DNA of 64,000 nt from assembly GCF_009914755.1 (NCBI RefSeq), contig NC_060930.1; one strand, given 5' to 3'. The notes beneath the pieces were generated by a model. It was not told the DNA's origin. It searched no databases and was given only the letters and a program-made list of their open reading frames with translations. The translations under genes and the position numbers were made by a program. This DNA is from the human T2T-CHM13v2.0 reference genome, Homo sapiens. Positions 50,637 to 64,000 of the stretch are shown here, piece by piece (the stretch's first letter is position 1; each line of letters begins with the position of its first letter).

Positions 50637-51224
50637 AACAGCCTGAATATTATGTGAAACATTATATATAAAAATAACTATTTCTAGATAATCATAAGGG
50701 GTTTTAAACTATTTGGCAAAATGTGACCATTCAAATATTTTTTAAGTTAATAGAATAAAAGTTTCCAGTATTTACCAATTATAATATAATTAAATAATGT
50801 CCTGGATACCTTAGAAAGTCAACCCTTGAATTATCCTGACTTCTTATAGTATGTTCTAGGTATCTAGCTTTTTAGTTTAGGAACTCTGTCATCCTTATCT
50901 ACAATGTCTTCTTTTGTATTTTTCCCTAGAATACAGAATAAAATGCTTTTCTCCAGTTTTTGTAATTATGTCAATACAATGTATCCCACAAACCCATCAT
51001 TTGGGTCTTGCTATTGAAACTTTTATTCCAAATGTCTTTGCCTTCCCTGCAAGATTAAAACAAAAATCAATTTATTCTAAAAGAGGATTTGCCTAAGACC
51101 AGAAAGTTATTGCTTTGCTTAGAAAATGTTTTCTATTCCTTTTTGGTTTTTTGTCTTATTTGGAATTGTGTGACTGATGTAACCTTGCAGGATCGCAGCC
51201 AAGCTAATGAAACATTTTTATTAT

Positions 51225-51460
51225 AATAATAGCTAACATTTATTTAGTGAATGTGCATTATGCCAACTCTTTCCAAATACTTGACTTTTAGCATCTCATT
51301 TAATCCACACAATAATTTGATGAGGATGGGTAACAATGAGATCCATTTAATACATAGAAAAAATGAGGCATACTGCGGGGTTAGCACCATGTTCAGGATC
51401 ACTTATGTACTGTGGGTAGAGCCAAAATATGAACGCAGGTAGCCTGGTGCCAGGTCTCAC
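51225..51460 (-). mobile_element. MIR
   Basis: aataatagctaacatttatttagtg...atctcatttaatccacacaa. Confidence 0.75.
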
Positions 51461-51648
51461 TGCAGCTTTTCTATGATATGGATTGAAGCCAAGTTTTAGG
51501 CAGCATTTAGTAATTATCAGCTTTTGCTCTCAATCTAGCCTTTTATATTAGTTTTATATAATTCTCAAGCCCTTAAGAAAATGAATAGAAGTCACATATT
51601 AGTCATGAATCATGTTTGGGAAAAGGGAACCACAACAGAGCTTGATAG

Positions 51649-52326
<678 letters not shown>

Positions 52327-52334
52327 GTCTAGAG

Positions 52335-53780
52335 GATCTTTGGCTCAGGACCTTTCTCCATAAATTTCCAAGTGATATGACCAGTGGGCACCAAAGACTA
52401 CCTGTGTGCATTAGTGGCTTCCAAATCCTCTCGTCTAGACCATGCTTATCTTGTGAGCTCTGGATTAATATATATCATTGTTTCTTTAAGAGTTATTCTA
52501 AGATCTTCTACAGGAATAAAATGCCAAAATTAAACTCGCCCGTGTTCTCCCTATTCAAACTGTCTTTTCTTCCCATTTTTCTTTTTTAAATTAATTATCC
52601 TCTCCATTAGCATATAACCCCAGAGAAAAGCTACCCGTCTACTTTGTTGCTTCTTTTACCGCCCTTCCCAGTCATATTCTTCTAGTTACAAAGTACGTAG
52701 ATTTTACTTACCAAATTCTGTTTAAATGTGCTCCCTCCTTCTCATTCCTTGTTTTACTCATTTACCTTGTCTTCATATTCTGATATGTCAATTGTGTAAC
52801 AGACCCTAAATGGTCTTAGTTTTCTTTTCTCAACTGGTTTCATTTTCACCTTAAAACAAGGTATCCCTTTACAAAACAAAGAAAAACCAAAACACATTCT
52901 TGACGTTGTTGCATGTCAATGTCTACTCATTCCACGTATCCACGGAAGATGTCCTGGCTCTCTAATGAGGCATACAAAGTCGTCTCATAACATTCTTTGT
53001 TTTTTTTTTGTTTTTTTGTTTGTTTTTTTTTTGAGACGGATTCTTGCTCAGTCGCCTAGGCTGGAGTGCAGTGGCGCGATCTCGGCTCACTGCAAGCTCC
53101 GCCTCCCGGGTTCATGCCATTCTCCTGCCTCGGCTTCCTGAGTAGCTGGGACTACAGACGCCCGCCACCGTGCCTGGCTAATTTTTGTTTTTGTATTTTT
53201 AGTAGAGACGGGGTTTCACCGTGTTAGCCAGGATGGTCTCAATCTCCTGACCTCGTGATCTGCCCGCCTTGGCCTCCGAAAGTGCTGGGATTACAGGCTT
53301 GAGACACTGCGCCCGGCTGTCTCATAACATTGCTAACCAACCTCCTTTACACTTTCTCCCCTCACATGACACCATAGCCACATACCATACCATATTCTCT
53401 CCCCTGTATATAACACTTCTTACTTATTTTTTTAAAAAAAGCTGGTATCCAATCTCTTGGAGCTCTCTTTCCCCATATACTTAGAATAATCCTACATTTC
53501 TACTCATCATATAAGTTGTAATCCCTCAACAACAAAAAAATGACCATCAGCAGGAAAAATATTCCTTTTTTTTTTCTCTGTGATAGCACTTTGTTTTCCA
53601 TCTACTGCTGGAAATGAGTTGTTGAATTTTATTTTTCTTAATTTATTGATTTTCCAACCTAAATTCCAAGTTAAAAAATATAGTATTAGCTGCACAGGCC
53701 ATGTAAAAAACTTCCCCTGTAAAATTGCTTGGTACACAGTAAACATGCAACAAATGCTACTAAGCTAATAAATGATTGAA
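52335..53780 (+). mobile_element. L2 fragments, interrupted by AluY
   Basis: L2-type 3' end cttggtacacagtaaacatgcaacaaatg...aatgattgaat. Confidence 0.55.
52995..53318 (-). mobile_element. AluY, full length
   Basis: AluY diagnostics; 13-bp TSD gtctcataacatt at 52982-52994 and 53319-53331. Confidence 0.95.
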
Positions 53781-54320
53781 TAGTGGAGAACAATTATAAG
53801 ATTTATATGGAATTGGCATATATTCAATGTTTATCTCAGAAAGGGATAATATACAGTATAAGACATCTAGTTTGATGCCATAAAACCTAAAGGAAGGACA
53901 CTGGCATTAATGCAAAAGTAATAATTCATTTGTATAGTAGCAAACAAATGCCACATGGTTATAGAATTCTTATTACTGTACTAAAAAAGACTTGCAGGCA
54001 TTAATTTTCACAATACAGATCTATGACAAAACAATGACATTTCAAGGTCAAAAATGCTAATTCATTCCTGGGCAAATGCAAGAATGCCTTATTGGAAAGA
54101 AGTTGGAATAATTAATATTGCAGATAAAGTACCTGACATTTGATTAATAAAATCAGAATATCAGATTAAAGCAAAGGTTAGTTAAAAAAAAAAAAACAAG
54201 CTTTTTTTTTCTCCTTAAGATGACTGTTACAACCATGTTTGATGCCAATGTATTTGTCCAAACTAATTTCTCTACATTATTCTGCCTAGGGATTTTGTTT
54301 AATTTCTCTCAAAATTCAAA

Positions 54321-54675
54321 CAGTGTTTTTCAAACTTTAGCATACATATGAATTACTTGGGAATCTTGCTAATAATATAGTCTCTGATTTAGTAGGTTTG
54401 GAGTGGGGCCCATGATGTTTCTGCTTATCTAGCAAGCTCCAAGGTGATTCCAATGCTTTTGGTCTGTGCACCATACTTTGAATGAAGAGTTTAGGGCAGT
54501 ACTTCCAAATTTTGTTGTACCTTGGAATAGCCAGGGGATCTTTAAAAACAACTGATGCCTAGTTTTCTCTGCCATACACTCTGATTTAATTGGTATGGGA
54601 TGCTACCTAAGCACTGAAATTTTTTTAAAAATCCCAAATGTTTCTAAGAGACAGCAAATGTAGGGAGCTATCAGC
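54321..54675. mobile_element. Two adjacent MER5-family hAT-Charlie MITEs (about 54321-54490 and 54498-54675)
   Basis: cagtgtttttcaaact...tctgatttagtaggtttggagtggggccc; cagtacttccaaa...ctctgatttaattggtatggg. Confidence 0.75.
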
Positions 54676-55009
54676 TTAGGGGATATTTAAAACTATTACA
54701 TACTTATTTTCTCCCAAAATGTAAGGTAATAATCTATTCTAATAAAGGTCTTTTAATTACTTATATTCAGTTATTATAAATACAAAATATAGCTATTTTA
54801 TTAGTTATATTTGTAAATTATTTGTGAATTCATATTTGGATAAAAGTATAATATATACATTAATTCATATTTTACCAAAAATCTACGTAATTGATAAAAA
54901 TAAATACTATGTTGTTACTCTTTCTAGTGAATGTACAAGGGGAATATATGCTAACTAATAAATACAGTGGCTTAAGAATACTATAAATTTGCACAGACAT
55001 ATGCATACA

Positions 55010-55230
55010 CACAGCTATTTACTGATGTATATAGCACTTAGGAGTCAGATAATGACTTAAGTCCTTTACATATAAACTCACACCAACCTTATGAAATAGG
55101 TACTGTTACTATCCTCATTTAAGGGTATTGAAACAGACACAGAGAGGTATTTTGGCTAAGTGACACAACCAGCAAGAGGCGGAACTGAGATTTTAACTCA
55201 AGGGTCTCTCAGGTTCAGTACAATAGGCTG
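55010..55230 (-). mobile_element. MIR
   Basis: aaccttatgaaataggtactgttactatcctcattt...gacacagagagg. Confidence 0.7.
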
Positions 55231-55424
55231 CTCTATGATGTTATCTTTCTATAATTCATTTTGATGATCTGTCGGGTGGGTTTGATACTTCTTCTTTTTA
55301 ATGTAGTGTCCCTTTGAAAGTATTTCATAAAGATGATGATGATATATAGTTACTTGCAATAAGAAAAGAGTTGATTGTATCTTACATGACTTTGTATAGG
55401 CTCTGGATGTAAACAGTTTAGCTC

Positions 55425-55697
55425 TGGGAAAGATGTTTTAGTGAAATTATGATGGGAGGTAGAATGAATTTGTAGAATCTGCCTAAATGGAATTGTTAGA
55501 GTTTGTTGTTAGAGATCATTTCTTTTTCAACAGAAACTAATGTCATTGATGTTTCCAATGGGAAAGGTGTTTTAGTGAAATCATGATGGGAGGTAGAATG
55601 AATTTGTAGAATCTGCCTGAATGGACTTTAGTTAGAGTTTGTTGTTAGAGATCATTTCTTTTTCAATAGAAACTAATGTCATTGATGTTTCCAATGG
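55425..55697. repeat. Tandem duplication with 134- and 136-bp units, about 95% identical
   Basis: Units begin tgggaaag at 55425 and 55559; both end atgtcattgatgtttccaa. Confidence 0.95.
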
Positions 55698-55841
55698 TGA
55701 GGCAAACCAAGGTTTATAGTACCTTTATATAAATTAGCCAAATTATCTAATATTGAAAGAGTGTTTAAAAATGGCAGCAAAGGGCAAAATTAATTTCAAA
55801 TGTTAAAATACTCAAAAATTGTTTTCTACTGTGAAATGATC

Positions 55842-55867
55842 GTGTGTGTGTGCGTGTGTGTGTGTGT
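55842..55867. repeat. (GT)n with one interruption
   Basis: Direct reading. Confidence 0.85.
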
Positions 55868-58456
55868 TTCTACTCATTTATTTTTGTGGGAACTGTATCA
55901 ATCTCTTTTAAAAGTAAATGATGACCAAAAGAATTCTAGAGGGTCTGTTTTGGTAAACAGCAGCTGTCTTCAAAACTCAGTTCCTCCCACATTATTCATC
56001 TAAAATTCTGGATTATCAGTCATTGATTGGAAATTATAGAAGTGGGCATTCCTTGCTCTTATATCAGATGGATGTCAGGCAGTAACAGCCTTACTTGCTA
56101 CCCACCTACCATGTGCTTCTCCATGCTACTTCAAACTTGAGTGTAAGAATTGTTTCAGAAGGAGTTGACTAGAGTAGCCTGCAGGAAAGCTGCTGAGGAA
56201 ACTCTGGGATGTGTTGGGAAGCCAATATGCTTCTCCCACAAAGTTTTAGTTAATGGGAGTATCTTATTATGGCTAGAAAATACTGTATCTCTGAGATGCT
56301 TCCAATTAAATCTCTATAAGGCTGAGATTGTGAACATCAGATCATGGCTGGGATTCAGGTAATATATGTTTATATGAGCATTTGAAGAGGGATAGATCTA
56401 TGACATTTTATTTCATGCTTAAACACATATGGGAATCACAAAATTTTAAGAACCAGCATTTTACAGGTATAACTGCATTGCAGTGTAATTTTACAGACAG
56501 AGAACTTGAATGATAAGAAAATAAAATGACTAATTCTGATACTTTCTTTTTCTTTCCTGCTTTATGCTTTAGTTGTGAACCTACATATTGCCATAAAATG
56601 TGGAAAGTTAATATCTTTCACTCAAAACATTTGCATGAATACTTATAACCTTAGGGCAATTGTCTAGTTGATTAGTGTGAACATAGCCAGAGAACCTTAT
56701 AAAAAAGTAAGCTTTCCCACCACAGAGACCCTTTAAATCTTCTGTTCCCTGTCATTTCTTATGTTTGCTATTCTTCTAAAGCTGTTTTATTTTTTTTCTC
56801 AACCAAATACAGTTTTGTTTTGTGGAAAAAATTACTTTAATGCTAAAAGTCCAAAATATGTTTGCTCATAACTGTTACTGTATTTCAAAAGAAGTCATCA
56901 ATATGTTTCATATTTGTACCACTATGGTCACCCAACAGGGTTTAATACTACACAGCAGGGATTTTCTCTGAGACAGTGCAGATATGGCCACTCTTTCCAA
57001 CAAGTGAAAGTGGACACAACTGTGGGTAAAAAGTGAGGTGAGCAAATTGCTATTATGATTAATATTTACTGTGCTTTCTGTTCTCTTCTTTCTATAAAGC
57101 ATGAGTACAAGAAAGGTCAATTGAGGACATATCAAAATATCTAGACAAAGCCAAACTGGTCATCCATAAATAAACAATAAATTAGAAATTGAATGTAAAC
57201 CCTTTAATGCAGGTTTTAAATAAAGTTTGCAAGCCAGCATTTATATCTTGATATCATGAAACCAACACCTTGACCATATAAAGAACTTTTAAAAATATTT
57301 TAATGATAAAAATAAATGTAAACGTAGTTTGAGGGGGTATTCACTCATATTTAATTCCTATATTTAATTACATCTGTATAAAATGTGAAGACCTACTCTC
57401 AGAAAATATTTGAATACATTAGTTAAACAAGACAAATGTACTTGGCTTTCAGAACTTCTGACTGGAAATCATTTAGAATGTTTGATAAAGCTAAATCACT
57501 TTAATGTTGTATTTCACTAAACTTTAAACTTTTAAATTCTAATCAATGTTTTTTGTTAAAAACAAAAAATAGATATTGCAATCAAATTAAAGATTCTATC
57601 TTTTACAGAAGCACTAAGGAACATTACACTCTCATGATGTCACCTTCAGGTCAACCTCAGTTTCCAGGATGCAGTCCTGAAGTGTGCTTATCAATCAGCT
57701 CTCATTCTGCTGGCAACACATCACATACATTTAATATTCTACATTAAAAAAACATTTTATTAAGATATTATTGACATTAAAAGTTGACTATAAATATATA
57801 CAATGTATACAACTTGATGAGTTTGAAGATTAGTAAACACCCAGGAAGTTGTCACCACCGTCAAATCCATAAACACATTCATTACCTCCAAAAGATTCCT
57901 CCTACCCTCCTTGTTCTTTCTTCTTATTATTATTATTATTATTGGTGTGATAAGAACACTTAGCATAAGATCTACACTCTTTGCAAATATTTAAGTATAC
58001 AATACACATTGTTAACTGTAAGCACTCTGCTATACAGAAGAACCCTGGAACCTACTCATCTTCTATAACTGAGACTTTCTACCCTTTGGTTACACCTCCC
58101 CATTTCCACCTCCCCCGGCCCTGGATACTTCTGTTCTACTCTCTGCTTCTATGAGTTTGACTTTTTCATATTTCTTGTATAAGTGGGATAGGAGTATTTG
58201 TCTTTTTTATGTCTGGCTTATTTCCCTAAGCATAATGTCCTCTGGTTCATCCACATCATTGCAAATGGCAAGATTTCCTTTTTAAAGGCTGAATAACATT
58301 CCATTTTATGTATTTATCATATTTTCTTTATCCATTTTTCTATTGATGGAAATGGAGGTTGCTTCCATGCTTTTGATATTATAAACAATGTTTTAATAAA
58401 CATGAGAGTGCAGATAATCTCTTTGAAATTCTGATTTCAATTCCTTTGTCCCTGTA

Positions 58457-59715
58457 CACTTTCCTTAGAGGATACTGCAGGTTTGTTTCTAGACAACTAC
58501 AATAAAGTGAATATCACAATAAAGTGAATCCCACAAATGTTTTGGTTTTCCTGTGCATATGGAAGTTATGTTTATACCATACTGTAGTCTACTTAGTGAG
58601 CAATAGCTTTATATCTAAAAATTAAATACCCTGATTAAAAATATTTTATTACTAAAACAATGCTAACAATCATCTGAATCTTTAGTGAATTATAATCTTT
58701 TTTGCAGACCACTGGGTCTTGCCTCAATGTTGATGGTTGCTGACTTATGAGGGCAATGGTTGTTGAAGGTTGAGGTGGCTGTGGTAATTTCTTAAAATAA
58801 GACAGCAACGAAGCTAGCCACATCGATTGACACTTACTCTAACAAAAAATTTCTCTGTGTTATGCAATGCTGACCGATACTATTTTACCCACAATAAAAC
58901 TCTTTCAAAATTGAAGTTAATCTTCTTAAGTCTGCCACTGCTTTATCAACTAAGTTTGTGTAATAATCTAAATCCTTTCTTGTCATTTCAACGGTGTTCA
59001 CAGCATCTTTACTAAAAGTATATTCCATCTTAAGAAACCACTTTATTTGTTTATCAAGAGAAGCAGATCATCTTGTAAAGATTTGTCATGAGATTGTAGT
59101 AATTCAGTCACATCTTCAGGCTCCACTTCTAATTCTATTTCTTTTGCTATTTCTACCACATCTGCAGTGACATCTTCCACTGAAACCTTGAGCTTCTCAA
59201 AGTAATCTATGAGGGCTGGAATCAGCTTCTTCCAAACTCCTGTTAATGTTGATATTTTGGTTTCCACCCACGAATCACAAATGTTCTTAATGGCACCTAG
59301 AATGGTGGATTCTTTCCAGAAAGCTTTCAATTTACTTTCCCAAGATCCATCAGGGAAATCACTATCTATGGGAGCTATAGTCTTACAAAATTTATTTCTT
59401 AAAAAAAAAAACACTTAAAAATCAAAATGGCTCTTTGATCCATGGACTACAAAGTGATGTTTTGTTAGCAGGCATGAAAACTACATTAATCTCCCTGTAG
59501 ATCTCTGTCAGACCACTTGGGTAGCCAGTGCATTTTCAATGAGCAGTACTATCTTAAAAGGAATCTTTTTTTCTAAACAGTAAGTCTCAAAAATGGGCTT
59601 AAATTATTTAGTAAACCATGCTGTAAGCAGACCTGCTGCCATCCAGGCTCTGTTGTTCCATTTTATATAGAGCACAAGCAGAGTAGGTTTAGCTTAATTC
59701 TTAGGGGTATGCCTG
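58457..59715 (-). mobile_element. Tigger1 (TcMar-Tigger), internally deleted, with a transposase C-terminal remnant
   Basis: ORF 59043-59414 AIKNICDSW...VWKKLIP...ELEVEPEDVTELLQSHDK; terminal stub ggtatgcctg at 59706-59715. Confidence 0.9.
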
Positions 59716-60111
59716 CATAACCAAGTTCTATTTTTAATTATTTGAGGAATCTTCATACTGCTTTCCATAGTGGTCACATCAATTTACATTCTCCCCAACA
59801 GTGTACAAGGCTTCCCTTTTCTCTACCTCCTTGCTAATACTTGTTATCTTTTGTGTTTTTTTAATAGTAGCCATCCTAACACATGTGACGTAAAATTTCA
59901 TTGTGGTTTTGATTTGCATTCCCTTGGTGATTAGAAGTGTTGAGGATCTTTTCATATACCTTTTGGCCATTCATATGTTTTCTTGAAAAATTATATATTG
60001 AGATCTTCTGTCCATTTTTTAATTGGTATTTTTTTGTTTATTTGTCTTTTGCTATAGAGTTGTAGCAGTTCCTTATATATTTTGGATATTAACTCTTTAT
60101 CTGATATACGG

Positions 60112-60431
60112 TGCCTTAGTAAGTTTGGGCTGCTTTAACAAAATACTATAGCCTAAGTAGCTTATAAAAAACAGAAATTTATTTGCCAAAGATCTGGAGG
60201 CTAGAAGTTTGAGATTAGGATGCCAATATGGTAGGTTTGGTGAGGGCCCTTTTTTGGGGTGGTATCCTCATCTGGTAGAAAGAGGGCAAGAGAGCTCTCT
60301 GAAGTCCCTTCGAAAAGTAAAATAATCCCATTCACAAGGGCAAAGCTTCCCAAAGGCCTCACTTTCTAGTATCATCACACGGGCAATTAGCATTTCAACA
60401 TGTGAATTTTGAGAGGACACAAATATTTGCA
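60112..60431 (-). mobile_element. MLT1A-type solo LTR
   Basis: tgccttagt...tttgggctgct...ttcaacatgtgaattttg; 5-bp TSD tacgg/tatgg. Confidence 0.85.
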
Positions 60432-60825
60432 TATGGTTACCAAGTATTTTATTACATTACATAGGTTGACTTTTCATTCTTTTGTTTTCTTTGTTGCACA
60501 AAAAACCCCAATTGTCTATTTTTGCTTTTGTTACTTGTGTTTTTGGTGTCATATCCAAGAAATCATCGCCAGAGCCAATGTTAAAGTTTTTCCCTGTGTG
60601 CGTGTTTTTTTTCTAGGAGCTTATGGTCATCTTTTAAGTTTAAATCTAATTCACTGTGAGTTGATATTTATGTGTGGTGCAACGTAAGCATCCGACTTGA
60701 TTTTATTTTTTGCATATGGATATCCAGTTTTCACAGCACTGCTTGTTACCCTCAGCAAAGAACAGTTGTCTGTAAATTCATGGGTTTATGTCTAGGCTCT
60801 CTGTTCTGTTCTATTGGTCAACATA

Positions 60826-61180
60826 TGGTCATATATCACTTAACTGCAGGGAAGGGATACATTCTGAGAAATGCATTATTACATGATTTCATCATTGTGC
60901 AAACACTATAGAGTGTAGTTACAGAAACCTAGATGGTATAGCTTACTACACACCTAGGCTATAAGGTATAGCTTTTTGCTCCTAGCCAACAAACGTGTAG
61001 CATATTACTGGATACTGAATATTATAGACAATTGTGTAACACAATGGTAATCATTTGTGTATCTACATATATCTAAACATAGAAAAAGTACAGTAAAAAT
61101 ATTGCATCATACTCTCATGGAACCATCATCATTTATGCCATCAGTCATTGATGAAAACATCATTATACAATTTGTGACTA
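60826..61180 (+). mobile_element. Tigger3a (MER7A)-like MITE
   Basis: gggatacattctgagaaatgc...aacctagatggtatagcttactacacacctaggcta; TA on both sides. Confidence 0.88.
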
Positions 61181-62284
61181 TATCTCTTTTTATGATAGTA
61201 TCATGCTGTTTTGATTATTGTAGCTTTGTAATATATTTTGTAATCAGGAAGTGTGATATCTCTAGCTGCGTTCTTATGATTCAAATTTGCTTTGGTCATT
61301 TGAGATCCATACTGGTGGAGTCTAATTATTCAAAACTAGGGAAAACAGACAAACAGAAAAAACTAAGACCAAGTTAGCAGAAGAAAGACAATAACAAAGG
61401 TTAGATCAAAAATAAATAATATAGAGAATGAAAAAATTAGAAAAAGTGGACAAAACTACAATGTACTTTTTTGAAAAGACAAACAAAATTAACAAACCCT
61501 TACCTTGACTAAAAAAAGAGACTCAAATAAATAAAATTGGAAATGAGACAGGAGACATTACAATTGATGTTAACAAAAAGATCATAAGGTACTATTATGA
61601 ACAACTATACACCAATAAATTGGACAACCTAGAAAAAAAATGGATAAATTCCTAGAAATACACAGTCTATCAAACTGAAACAAGAAGAAATAGAAAGCCT
61701 GAACATACCAGTAACAACCAAGGAGACTGAGTAAATAATCAAAAACCTCCCAAGAAGAAGAGTCTAGGACCAGAAGTCTTCACAAATGAATTCTACCAAA
61801 CATTTAAAGTATTAATGCCAATCATTCATTCTTATACTCTTCCAAAAAGAAAGAGGGAATATTTTCAAACTCATTTTATGAGGCCAGCATTATTCTGATA
61901 CCAAAACTACGCAAAAATACTACAAGAACATAAAAACTACAAATGTGGGAATTATCATGTATACATATGCAAAAATCCTCAGTAAAATCCTAGCAAACTA
62001 AATTCAACAGTACATTAAAAAGATCATATAGCATGACCAGTGAAATTTCTCCTTAGGACGCAAGGATAAGTCAACATATAAAATTGAATGTGATATACCA
62101 CTTTAACAAAATGAAGGATAAAAATCATATGATCATCTGAATAGATGCAGAAAAAGCATATAACAAACTTTGACGTTGTTGAGAAATTGAAAGCTTTTCT
62201 CTAAGATCAAGAACAAAGCAAGGATGCCCATTCTTGCTTCTATTCAGCATAGTGCTTGAAGTCCTAGTCTGGACAATTGGGCAA

Positions 62285-62342
62285 AAATAAATAAATAAAT
62301 AAATAGATAAATAAATAAATAAATATAAATAAATAAATAAAA
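62285..62342. repeat. (TAAA)n expansion inside L1
   Basis: Direct reading. Confidence 0.85.
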
Positions 62343-63489
62343 TCCACCAAATTGGAAAGGAAGAAGTGAAATTACCTCTGTTTGTAGATGAGCTGATCTC
62401 ATGTGTAGACAACCTTAAAGATTCCACAAAAACAAACAAACACACAAACAAACAAAATAGCTAGAGCAAAGAAATGAATTCAGTACAGTTGCAGAATGCA
62501 AAATCAGTATACAAAAAGTACTTGTAATTCTATATAATAGCAACAAACTATTTCATAAGGAAATTAAGGAAACAATCCCCATTACAATAGCATCATAAAT
62601 AATAAATCTTAAGAACAAATTTAACCAAGGAGGTGAAAGACTTGTGTACTGAAAACTATAAAATGCTGATAAAAAAATTAAAGAAGATACAATAAATGGA
62701 AGATATTCCATGCCATGGTTTGGAAGAATTAATATTGCTAAATGTACATACTACCCAAAACAACCTGTAGAGTCAATGCAATCCCTATCAAAATACCAAT
62801 ATTTTTTTTTTTACAGAAATGAAAACACAATCTTAACACTATTTAAACCAATTAAACAAACCTATGATTTCAATTTGGTCAAATGTGTTAGAATGGATTT
62901 CCTTTTATTGTTTTGAACTTGTCTCTTCCAAATTTCAAAGCCTGGTTCCTAATTTTTACTTGAAATACCAAATAACAAACCCACTTAATGAGCTCTGAGC
63001 CAGTTTTAGTAGCCAAACTTGTATTTAAATAGTGTGTTACATATTTGCACAAAAAGCCAACGGAGTCTAAATCAACACTAATTCACATCATTACTAGCAA
63101 TCTAAAACATCAGATGATAATTTTGCTGTTGTCTTTCAGGCAAGATATTCAACCATTGGTATTAAATGTTTTATATGAATGTGCGGTGTTTTATTTCAGA
63201 AACACTTCTCTGAATTCCCAAGGCCTAAGAGCTATTCATCATAGAGGTTTGTGGAGGCGGTAGTTAGACATTTTCTACATGCATAATGTTAATTCATTCA
63301 AACATTATAGAAAAAAAGTTTGTAAAGAAGTTAATTTTCAAGGTGACAAAAAAAGCAGATTGAATCATGTTTATTTTATTTCAATTTAAACTCGTTGGCT
63401 ATCTTAGGAAATTCACATTGTTTTTGAAGAATATATGAACAAAGTTTGATTCATCTTATCTATATAAGCATGAGAGAAATACCTAGATG

Positions 63490-63730
63490 AGAGTGAAAAA
63501 TGACTAATTTTGTGACCATTGTTATATCATAGATTAACTTGTTCTCTTCTACTTCTAAGCTGTGTGATCTTGAAAAGTCATCTAAACTTCAGGTACCATC
63601 CTCACTTGCAAAATGAGGGGAAAAACCCCAGCACCTTTAATATGGTGTTATGTGGATGAAATAAGTTAATATATATTAAGTGCTTAGGTTTCATGCACTT
63701 TCTATATAGTATTAATAATATTATTGTTAC
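63490..63730 (+). mobile_element. MIR
   Basis: agctgtgtgatcttgaaaagtcatctaaacttc...ctcacttgcaaaatgagg. Confidence 0.7.
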
Positions 63731-64000
63731 ATTATTATAGTTACATTATTATTTTTATTAATATTATTGGAACATGAATGGAATTGTTGTGGCTCATTTT
63801 AAAGATGCTGCAATGGAGACCAAGAGAAATTAAGTATAATAATCCTAGTTAAGGTACAGCCATTTCTAATTACATTTTCCAACTGCTGCTTTTACTCCTA
63901 GCACTCACACCAATTCTTCTCATAATCTAATAAATACTGAAATTTAAAACTTATAAAGAACACATAATAATCTTATTTAATTATCACAACAATTTCTGTG

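Larger units (their letters stand above)
57755..62840 (-). mobile_element. Old L1MA10/L1MB-like element with inverted 5' segment (about 61330-62840 on +), split by three nested insertions
   Basis: L1MA10-type 3'UTR (taagaacacttagcataagatctac); antisense ORF2 pieces at 59720-60111, 60437-60825 and 61183-61308; sense ORF2 at 61330-62840. Confidence 0.8.

Noticed and set aside
59043-59414. Transposase-like ORF as a functional CDS
   Set aside because: Short C-terminal remnant of a deleted Tigger1 with no N-terminal DNA-binding region
62850-63480. AT-rich unique DNA with FOXA/HNF1/MEF2-like words, possibly an enhancer
   Set aside because: Such motifs are expected by chance at this AT content; needs conservation or chromatin data

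Overview
AT-rich, gene-poor primate DNA, probably human or ape (AluY and L1PA elements are present). I could not identify the locus. I found no protein-coding exon, RNA gene or prokaryotic-type system; the longer ORFs in the track are L1, Alu or Tigger1 remnants or antisense shadows of them. The window is dominated by interspersed repeats: a truncated L1PA at the left edge, a full-length decayed L1PB1-like element (about 15.84-21.93 kb), a four-layer nested L1 complex (about 25.3-36.4 kb), an old 5'-inverted L1MA carrying three nested insertions (about 57.8-62.8 kb), seven Alus, MLT1 LTRs, MER1B/MER5/MER102/Tigger DNA transposons and many MIR/L2 relics. Subfamily names come from my recall of consensus sequences and need RepeatMasker confirmation. 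I see no undescribed multi-gene system. The most interesting signals are insertion and repair scars: (1) a triple nested inverted templated insertion in the L1PB 5'UTR; (2) a 5'-inverted L1 whose internal copy of its own target site lacks almost exactly the bases duplicated as its TSD; (3) a ~290-bp orphan segment fused to the 5' end of a full-length L1; (4) a perfect 22-bp-arm hairpin in unique DNA; (5) an Alu with an apparent 5' inversion; (6) a CpG-retaining patch around a MER1B with an NRF1-like motif.
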